Below are positions 12,501 to 24,152 of a stretch of 44,590 bases of DNA, in pieces. The first letter of the stretch is position 1. Each line of letters begins with the position of its first letter. Position numbers and translations under genes: made by a program. Origin of the DNA: Priapulus caudatus (Eukaryota); contig NW_014577088.1 of NCBI RefSeq assembly GCF_000485595.1, forward strand, positions 1,073,505 through 1,118,094, read 5' to 3'. The notes below the pieces were generated by a model, which was given only the letters and a program-made list of their open reading frames with translations, had not been told where the DNA came from and did no database searches.

Positions 12501-15500
12501 GCTAGCGAGCCATGTTGCATGCTGAAATTAAACCAATCAAGTCAAGAAATGTGATTTTATCACGATTTCTGTACCATCTTGCCGGCTATTTTGAATTTAG
12601 CGAACTTTGAAAAAATAATCGAAGTGTGACTTGCTAAGAAAATGAGTAGGATGCGTAATATCATGGTAATATCACCGTGCCAAGTAGCATACTGAAGTAA
12701 ATATCACCAAGTTGGAGAATTTTAATCAATTTGGAGATTTGATAATGACTAGGGGTGCACCGGAACTTGGATCCGGCCGGAACTATCCGACCGGAACTAT
12801 CCGGCCGGATCCCCAATTTGTCAAAGTTCCGGTTCTGGCCGGAACCCTTCAGGAACAGTCGGCCGGAACCGGAACTTTTTCCTAATTTAATTTCTGCTAC
12901 AAGTGTCATCAAGAACAAAAGATCAGTCACTGAATGTAGTTGAGCGTCAATAGAGTCAACTTGCTGACAATATAGTGTTAACAACTTCATACTATTCTGC
13001 CCAGAAAACGTTTGCCACTTGAACCTTGAACATCGGCTAACTAACTAAACTGAACCTAACTGAGGTTAGGTGATTCACGAGATTTTCTTTTAAAATAAAA
13101 TACTCATAGAGCCACAGGAATGGCATCTGTTTGTTAGTCGACTAAAAATAATCGACTAAAACCAGGGATACTGCAACATGCAGGTTTTGCCACACAATTC
13201 GCTCGCGAATAAGATGCCAGAATTATGCACTGTAAAGGCCGCCGCACACCAGCCGATTTTTACAAACGATGAAGCGATGAAGCGATGAAGCGATGAAGCG
13301 ATGAAGCGATGAAGCGATGTAGGTGTGCGCGTTCATTTGTAGACGATTTTATTTTTATCGGGTGATCGTTCCAAATCAAACATGTTTGATTTTGAACCGA
13401 TGAGCCGATGAGCCGATGAGCCGATTTTAAGGCCGCCGCACACCTTCATCGCTTCATCGCTTCATCGCTTCATCGCTTCATCGCTTCATCGCTTCATCGC
13501 TTCATCGCTTCATCGCTTCATCGTTTGTAAAATCGGCTGGTGTGCGGCGGCCTTAAGCAGATGATTCATACACCTAACAACCATCCTGTAATTAGAACTT
13601 TGTAGCGTTGAGAACAATGAGAACAATGTAGAATGTGAACATGTAGACAATGAGAACATGTATATAATGAGAACATGAGACATGAGAACATGAGAACATG
13701 AGAAACATTTGTTGGGTCTCTTGAATTTGGCGGTCGGTTTGGAAAAAACCCATAAAACTGATTCTATATTAGATATTATCACTAGATGTGCAGTGATCAC
13801 TAATGTAATTTCAATTTAAGACCACGTTGCATGATGAAGTTAGACCAACCAATGTGAGAAGGGGGATTTGGGCGTTCATGGTTGTTGTATATCTTGGAGG
13901 TCATCTTGAATTAGGCAGTCATTTTGGAAACAAATCCAATTGGCCACTAGGTTATATAATGCAATTTTGCCAAGTTGCACGATGACGTTAAATTGACTAC
14001 GTCACGAATTTTCTAGGGTAAAATTTGTAAAATTTTTGTTGCCATTTAAAAAAAATTAAAAGTAAGAGCTAACGGGACTAAACGTATCGTCAAATTCTTA
14101 CCTGATAAGATTGTTTCTCAACTAGTTAAAAATCTAAGAAACCTGGTCGATTTGATATTAGTGTTCCTGACATTAATTGCTTGCTATGCGCTATGTATGC
14201 GTCACGAGTGTATGTTCACATCGAACAATATAGTAAAATAAGAAGTATAATGCAGCAATTTCATCATAAAAAGTGAACAGAATTACTTATATTTTGTGAA
14301 AAAGTAGAAATATTATTTTTATTTTTTACTATTTACGGTGACTTATAAGTTGATCACTTTAAAGTTGTTATGACATTATATAATAACGCTGAGAAAGACG
14401 ATTTGATCAAGATTACTGCATATCTTTGTGGCTATCAATAATTCCTTTTTTAAATCGAAGGGAATTTGTATCAAAAATTTATTAGTAGGTCATGTACTAT
14501 CATCATGTCAAGTATCATGCCATGGTTTCACTTCAGAGCGTACAATTGTTTCACAATATTGTTCCATTATAATTTCAACTGATTAGATTGCATTATTAGA
14601 TTAGATTAGGTGCTATTCGGCCTGGAATGGTTCTAGAAATTATTCTTTAAAACCATAATCTACACAGATCTACAGGTAAGTATTGCTGTATCGAAAGATT
14701 CGACACCTAGTACTGTCGGTGCGTAATTTCTTCAGCACTGTTGCCGTAGTGATCGTAGCTTCACGATGCGCTGTGTCTGTTATAAACGATGGAGAGGTAC
14801 GGGCAATATATATCCGTGTCATTAGGCGTGAATGAAAACAGGTTTTATTTGCTCCTGTTGTCATAGCAACCTATCGCGTCCATTCTGGGATGCGTTTTGT
14901 TGGCCAACTGTGGTTGTTCGTCGCACGTAATATCGCTACTATAGATTTGCTACCATATCTCATCCAATTGACGGCTTTATGACGATCATTGAAAATCGCT
15001 GTCATACCTAGATGCATTGACCTATATCTCTATTTATACTAGTAGGTATAGTGAAATAGCTATGAGTAATACTAGTTCTATTTTTCCACTATAGTCCTAA
15101 ATTTATTCACAACTCTACTATCGTTATAACAGTGGCGCTCATGCAGTTATACGTACATTTGCATATCACACGCGCTTAATTATAGAACAAGATGTCGGTC
15201 GAGATTTACGTACAGTTAGCGGTAATTAGTACTGCCCAAACTTGCGAATAATCGTCACCGCGCAGGCATACTATCATTTTATACTAACCTTTGGATGTTA
15301 GTTACATCTGCAAGACGCTGTACGTTAATTATGCGCAGGTGCGTGTAGTTTGGCCACACGCAAACGCCAATTTCCGCTGGATTATTACGCGAATAGGATG
15401 GAACGGAAAAAATATTATGCGAAATATATCACCCAGATTCGTTCATCGAGTTATAGCCCAAAATATTTGGCGTATTATAGTGCAAACATACTGTATGTTA

Positions 15501-15829
15501 ATTAACTCGTACCTTTCGTAACGTTTCCAGGTGTACCTGTATAGCAACTTCAGCCCTCATGCGAGGCGGCAGAATCTCCAAGCAACCAGCGTCATCCATA
15601 CCATGATTCCTGAAACCAATCATCATCGGGATTTTATTACTAGGACAAAGACGTTGTCTGGTTAGGTTGAATGTTCTGTCTGATTAGATGGATTGATTTG
15701 TTTATTATCTGGGAATGATTAGTGGATCGATGATTGGACTGATTGAGTGATTAGTTGCTTAGTTGCTTGATATTTAAGTTGAATGGTTGATTTATAAGTT
15801 GATGGATGGAGAGTTAGATAGATAGATAA

Positions 15830-15892
<63 letters not shown>

Positions 15893-15909
15893 TATAGATA
15901 AATAAATAA

Positions 15910-15965
<56 letters not shown>

Positions 15966-15969
15966 ATAA

Positions 15970-16043
<74 letters not shown>

Positions 16044-19000
16044 TGGTTGTTTGAATAAAGCTTAATAAGTGTTATAAGTTAATACCACTGTCAGAAAATA
16101 TGAGTGTGGATGATATCAGGAGTGTATCAATATTGATACACTCCTGATGATATCATATTATTTCATCCGAATACTAATCAACTCGACTACTTACTAGTGA
16201 TTAATTATTTCTACAGCTGGAAACACTATAACATTGTTTGGCATTTATACATCCAACACGAGCTCTGTCATCCGCAACAGCTATATATATATATATATCC
16301 ATAGTCCTTATTTGCATCTATCGTCAAAGTCAATTACAGACGCTAAGGGGCTTATCAAGCCGTCAGTACTGATCGAAAATCATATTCACAAATTAGCTTC
16401 AGATAGTGGCAAAGCAAGTAAACCAAACAAGCAATTATAATGGCATTTATCGGGGAAACGTGTCTATTATATTGACGTAGCACTGGTTATGTGTGCGCGC
16501 ACGGTTAAATTTGTATATGCGTGCGAGCGCGTGCGTGTTCATGCTTGCACATGTTCAGCAAGATTTCAATCACTCAGAAGAATCCTCAGAAAAAGTCGTA
16601 AGTTTGATTGGGTTATTTTGACATGTAACAGTAATTCGGAACACATTTAACTAATTTTTATAGAACTATAATTATATGGCAGAAGGGTCGAATTCCTTCA
16701 CTGAGTCGAAATACTCCATATTCTAAATTAACTCAAAGATTAGGTACGGTTCTCTGCACACCACACCCACCGTGTCCAGGCGTAGTTCGACCAGCGTTTA
16801 ACTCTGTTCTGCAATTCCTCCGGCACACCGCGTCTGTTCATGTAAAACTTTAACGCATCCATCCTGCAAAATTAAATACATAAGTTAAGTTAAATCGCAA
16901 GGTATTGTACTACGTGTGCTATCCTACTGCGTGACCAATTATCCCTGATTATATATATATCATATCATATCATCAAGAGCTAATAATACCTAGAGTGTGC
17001 CACGGGAAAACGGGAAAATAGTGCTATTTCACGGCAATATTATTCTACTTCGTCTGCAAGTCTAGACTAAGTTCATAGCATTGCGTTAAGGAAGCATTGC
17101 GTTAGGAACCATTGCGTTAGGAAGCATTTTTTCCTCTCTAAAACAAGACCAACTGCTTGTCTCTACGACACTCTGAGGTTGAGATATTGGGTCGTAATCT
17201 TGCATCCTACAGGCCTCAGAGCCGTCGACCGACCGACCGAGGATAACTCACCCATTCCACGCCTAAACTCGCTTCGGCTTTTTGACTATCGTTTTCCGTC
17301 GCCGCTTGGAGTGCTGATAATTGACGTCACACGCCTAAATTTGGTCCTCTTACTACACCATATAGTAGCTGCGCAGCGGTATTTCAATTCAGAAAACATG
17401 GCCGGTTCCATTAATACTGGCAATTTAGCCGTGCTAGGAAAGATATTAAGAGATGAAGGCCTAGGGAATAGATTATCACGAACCTTATACTCACTTCAGC
17501 TAGCCGCTATCAGCATTAACCTATGAAAGGGGGAGGTACTGGGAATATATGGCTTGAACCCATCTATTAGTGTATGAAGCTTGAAGCTAGCGATACCACG
17601 GTTTATATTTTACAGTGTCAGCAGCAAGTACGAGTATGTAACATCTCATATAACGGTTGTTAGAATCTGACAATTTAGGGGCAAGTCATATTTGATCATA
17701 CTGTGACTTAGCAGTATCTATTTTAGACTAATCTAGCCACGCAGTCACGAGTCATGAAATCGACCTATCATCAAATGTCGACTGTCCATATAGACACTGT
17801 ACCGTGTATGTACTACACGCGTCAACCTAGGCAGCGGCAGAGCACTACTAGTTCTTCGATTACTAACCCCATAAAGATTAGTCTTTAAAGTTGAAGGGAC
17901 TATATCGAAGACGGAGAGAGACAAAGTTGATCAAATAGACAGAGTACCCGAACACTCCCAAAGCTAGGCGCGGAATGGTTGAGTTATCGTCGGCCGGTAG
18001 ACGGCCCTGAGGCCTGTAGGAGGTAAGATTACGAACCGATATCCCAGCCTAGTAGTGTCGTAGAGACAAGCGGTTAGTCTTCTTTTAGAGAGTATATAAT
18101 TTTGCCGTAAAATAGCACTATTTCCCCGTTTTCCCGTCGGACTTCGCAATCGCATAATAGCGATAGGTTAAACATGATGTACAGATCAGTCCGGTATGAG
18201 GGACAACAACTAATTACTTGGTCTGGAAATCCTGTCGTGCAGCATTCATGTTGCTGATGACGTTGCCGACGTTACCAACCACTGCTGCAAACACGAATAG
18301 GCCTAACATGTACGTCACTCCAGTGAAGAGGAATTCCTGCGCGCGCGCGTCATTGGGTTGCATGTCCCAAGATGGCCAATCACGCGCAAGTAAAGACAAA
18401 AAAAGAAAGACAACAAGTCAGTGGAAATTTACGCGTGCTACTCACGATATGACTAGATGTGGCAGCAGAGTTTTACATGTACTCTCGAAAAGACACCTCC
18501 GTAGGTCTAGCATCCTAAGCAGACTCGCTCTTCCATCTATCTATGCATTCATTCAAGCTCCAGTGCATTTATTTGCCCATTCTTTTTTATACGGATCTAT
18601 TCGTTCTCCCGTCTCTCCGTCCGTCCGACCGTCCATCCATTCATTTATTCATCCACCCATCCATTCATTTACCCATCCTTCCATCCATTCACACATTCAT
18701 CCTCCCATCCATTTATTTACCAATCCTTCCATCCATTCACCCATCCATCCTCCCATTCATTCATTCACCCATCCTTCCATCCATTCACCCATTTATCCAT
18801 CTATCCATCCATCCATCTATCCATCCATCCATCCATCCATCCATCCATCCATCCATCCATCCATCCATCCATGCATGCATCCATCCATCCATCCATCCAT
18901 CCATCCATCCATCCATCCATCCATCCATCCATCCATCCATCCATCCATCTATCGATTTATTCATCTATCCATCCATCAATTCATCCATCCACCAGCCGAT

Positions 19001-20951
19001 ATTGATGTCTCTCTCGTCCACTCACATGTTCCCTCTTTCTCTCCCCTCCCTCCCTTGTTTTCTGTTTGTCAGTTTTCATGCCATGCTTTAATAGCTTGTG
19101 GAACTGAAGTTAATAATAGACAAGAGAAACTAAGTTTAATCAATTCACCGCTAACAGCTTGTCAGCAAGTCATAACCATCTTATTAGTTCGGCTGCGTAA
19201 CCAGCTTTATAATGTTCGTTAATCACAAACGAACGATGGCTGCCGTTGTTACAGTTATTTCGTGAAAATAATGGGCTTGTTAATTTGCGGTTTACAATAA
19301 TGAATTACCGATGGACTTTCAAAGAATAACACATGATTTGAACAACCCGAGTGTGAGGCATGATTTCCATAGGTGCGAGGTTGAAATGTCACAAGTTTGA
19401 AATATGAATGATGTAGTAGGCGTGCACTTCAAATGTTGCAGGCATGTGAGTGAAATGATGCAGGTGCGAAGCAAGAACGCTATAGGTGTGAGATATGAAT
19501 GCTCCAGGTATATGGTTGTAATGTAGCTAGTGTGAGGCCAAAGTGATGTACAGGGCATGAATATCATCAGGGCATAAATGTCAATAATTTGTCATTATTA
19601 ACCCCCTGATATCGTGGAAGTGAGGAAGGATATTAATGTCGCAGGTGTGAGATATGAATGCTACACGTGTAAGGTTTGATCGCCGCGGGCGTGATGTTAG
19701 AATGTTACAAGCGTGACGTATTGATATGATAGCTGTAAGGTACCGATCGATGTTTTAGTTGTTAGAAACCGATATTTCCAGTATGGTGTTTGAATCCATC
19801 ATGAAGTGGATGCGGATGAACGTTGCAGGGGGAAGGTATTAGCAGTGCGGGTGCATGCTGTAACTGTTACAGGCGTTATACTGTAATCAGGAGTAGATAA
19901 TAGAAGAATTTAGAATAATCTAGATCTATAGAATCTAGAAGAATCTAGAAGAATCTAGAAGAATCTAGATCTATAGAATCTAGAAGAATCTAGAAGAATC
20001 TAATAGAATCTTCTATTATCTACTTTTACTGTAATGATCGAGGTGCGTCACATTGATGCTGCATGATCTGACGATATACGTTGCAAGTGCGTTGTGTAGA
20101 TGTTACACGCGTGACTGACAATGTTACAGGTGCGATGTATGTGTTCTGACTTAGCGTAAATTACTTAGTTGCACAGGTGATGCACGGATGTTATACATGT
20201 GCTATCCATGTATTCGCTATTGTACGATGATAAATGTTGATAGTGTGATGTATGGAAGTTGCGGGTGTGACTGGTGATGATCACAGGCACTTGGGACAGA
20301 GTCAGTAAAAACTGAACATATATGAACGCACATTCACAAATACTACCCCTCAATTACACTTCCACTGTTGTGTCGTATGGTTGTGTCACTGTATATCAAC
20401 TTGCTTTCACAAAAACTAATGCAGAACTAGCCGTTCCCGTACTCGCCGTTTCGAGTGTGCTGTGTCGCCATTGTAGTGATATATATCACACCTCTATACA
20501 CACCTCTATATCACACCTCTATATATATATCACCAAGAGCGTATAAAGAAGCAGCCTTAAAATAAAGAAAAAGCCTTCTTTATACGCGGTTGATATCACT
20601 ATAATGGCGACACAGCACACTCGAAGCGGCGAGTGCGGGAGCGGCTAGTTCTGCGTTAGTTTTTGTGAAAGCAAGTTGATATACAGTGACACAATAGTGG
20701 AAGTGTAATTGAGGTCACAAGTGTGCCATTGTGTCAACGTGTCACAAGTGTCACACTTGGTGTCACAAGTGCCTGTGGTGATGATGATGATGATGATGAT
20801 ACTTGTGCGATCCATGTATTCGCTATTGTACGATGATAAATGTTGATAGTGTGATGTATGGAAGTTGCGGGTGTGACTGGTGATGATGATAATGATGAAA
20901 GTTCGATGTATGCATGTAGTGGGTCTCTGACTGGTGATGATGATAATAATA

Positions 20952-20999
<48 letters not shown>

Positions 21000-23714
21000 G
21001 TAGTGATGATGATGATGATGATGATGATTATGATGATGATGATGATGATGATAATAATGATGATGATGATGATGATGATTATGATGATGATGATGATGAT
21101 GATGATAATGATGATGGTACCTGTGCGATGCACGTATTTCGCGCGAGAGGGTTTACGTACGATGTCAGTGACGGGATTGGCTGCTCCTCCGATAGTCGTC
21201 AGCGTGATGAGAGCCCAGTGCATGCAGCGTATGTACTTACTGTAACGCAAACATCGCGCCTGTCGTATGAGAGCTGCACGGTTATTGCGCTCGTAAGCCT
21301 TCACCTGATACGTTGTCTGTGTGCTAGCTAGGCGGCGGGCTTTTACACAGTCCATGGGTTTAAATGACCATTTTTTAAATGATGCTGTCGTGCGATCGGC
21401 CTATAAGTACTTCGCAGGTTGACGTGGAATCACGACTGAATTTCTAGCGGTATTTTTCCCAAGTATTTATAGAAAGTATAAAATGCTTGCGGATAGCGGA
21501 CATGTTAAAAATTACATGTAGTTAGAAAACAGCAACGCTAATCATGGTATTATATCGACGGTCAAATCACGTAACAGTTAATACACGCGAAGCTGGCGGT
21601 CATGTTATTTCTAATGTCTGATATTACCTTGATATTACCCAATACCCGATGTACACGTATAAACGTCAGCTACATATAACATACACACTACTTTCATATG
21701 CAAATCCTGGAATGTGAATGCTGGTTATATTACCTCGTAAACGTTTGATTGCCAGCGATGCTGGGATACACCCAGTCATTGCTTCCTTGACCTTCGGCCT
21801 ATGGAATTATGAAGAGAGCGAGAGGGTTATAGGCAGATATAGCAATAACAATTCACTACATATACTTAACTATATCTACCAATGTCTAGCATATTTTGTT
21901 GACATGTTAACTATATAAAGCGCATCGCCGTGGTTATTGGTGATCGCGGTTTGCATATATAGCCTCTTGTCACGGAGTGGTACCCATGGTGGCTTTATTA
22001 ATATAGGGATAAACACTGTTACACCGTTTTATATATACCGTCAAGAGCGTATAAAGAAAGATACCGTGCATATACGGGGACTATATTAGAGAACAGATTG
22101 AGTTAGTGGCACATGACCTAATAAGCAATATGTATACTGCTCAGAGTCTCACTATTGCCGTAATATAACACAAGGCAATCTCTGACTGCATGTTAATGCA
22201 TTGACTGTATAATCTCAGTGAGTGCGCGCAAATACACCGCACATAGGACGTACGTACCTCTGAGATGAGATAGTATAAGCAGGCGATCCAATTCATCACC
22301 AAGGCTAAGTATAGCATTAGCTTTGCGGCTCTAATGATATTCGGAAAATTTGTGCGACTGAAGAAAAAAGCAGTGGATAGTAGATATATTAATGAATGAG
22401 TGATCAGAAAGGAGAATGAAGAAGCGAGCGAGAGAGAGGGGGGGGGGAAGAGATACAGAGAGAACGTAAGCGAGGAAGAGAGGGGAAGAGCGTGAGTGAT
22501 AGGATAGGCGCGAAAAAAAATGTTTACTTGACGGCAAAAGAGATACCCATTCCATCTTAATACGGGCCAGTAAGTAAGATAAGGAAGTGTGCATCAATAT
22601 CATTCTGACCTAATTAGACTATTATCTAGATATATGCTTCTTCGCCGTGCTATAGTAATACGTTTGAATTGAAATCATTTCTATTAGAATGTAAGAAATA
22701 TCATGAACATATTTTACTTTACTTACACTCAAGTATGGAAGTATGCAAGTATTTAATGTGAATTCATATACCATAGGCCTATATACTTGCTTACCTATCG
22801 GTTAAACCAAAAAACCTCCACATAGAATACATTTTCATTGTCCTGAGCAAGCGTCCGTAGGGAAGAGGCGTTGTCCATCGTTCTGGCATAATCAACAATA
22901 TTATAAATAAAAAAATTACAAAAATTAACAAATTGATATCTGTATTTCCGTATTTATATTTATATTTTCTTTCTCGCGAGCTATATAACACTTAGTACAC
23001 GTATAGGCCCTATCACAACGTAGATTATTAGCAAATCGGCAAACGCTATTTCTGTAAGCCATTAGGCTCATTGTCTTAATCTATAATGCTACCACAGGCA
23101 CTTGGGACACAGTCAGTAAAAACTGAAAATCATATGAACGCATATTCACAAATACTACCATAGGCCCTACCTCTCAATTACAGTTCCACTGTTGTGTCAC
23201 TGTATATCAACTCTCCTTCATAAAAACTAACGCCGAACGCTCCCGCACTCGCCGCTGCGTGCTGCGTTGCTGCTGTGTCGCCATGATAATGATAATAACA
23301 TATAATTTACAAAGTTATATATGAAGGAAAGTTGATATACAGTGACACAACAGTGGAACTGTAATTGAAAGGTAAGGCCTACGGTAGTATTGGTGAATGT
23401 GCGTTCATATTATTTTCAGTTTTTACTGACTCAGTCTCAAGTGCCTGTGGATAAAATCACAAGGAAGCTGTCATATGCAGCTCGGAAATATCTTGCGTTC
23501 GGCAGCAACTAAGATGGTTTTTATTAATCTCGTGTTATATCGAGTCGGATATCTTTGTGATTTTGTGTTTTGACATGCGATGGAAAGCGAGAGAATGAGA
23601 GAGGGGAGGGTGTGCGTGTGTCCGTGAATGTGTATGTGTGTCTGACCAAGAAAGAGACGGAGAGAGAGCGCCGACAGAGTAAGTGAGAGCAAGCGAGACC
23701 GATGCACCAATGGT

Positions 23715-23763
<49 letters not shown>

Positions 23764-23773
23764 GTAGATAGAT

Positions 23774-23813
<40 letters not shown>

Positions 23814-23873
23814 ATGATAAGATATGATAGATAGATAGATGATAGATAGATTAGATAGATAGATAGAATAGAT

Positions 23874-23908
<35 letters not shown>

Positions 23909-24097
23909 TATAGATAGATAGATAGATAGGAATAGATAAATGAAATAATTATAGAGAGAGAGATCAATAGACAGACAGACAGACACACACACACAGTCAG
24001 ACAGACGGACAGACAGGCAGACAGATAGATAGATAGATAGATCAAGAGAGGAAAAGAGAAAGGGAAAGAAAAATACATAAATGAAAAGCGCGCGCGC

Positions 24098-24152
<55 letters not shown>

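Noticed and set aside
18218..19222. 334-aa plus-strand ORF
   Set aside because: Antisense to the S6 exon, then runs through (ATCC)n; no domain signal.
20645..21355. Poly-I, poly-D and poly-M ORFs
   Set aside because: (GAT)n microsatellite; only 21161-21239 is a true exon.
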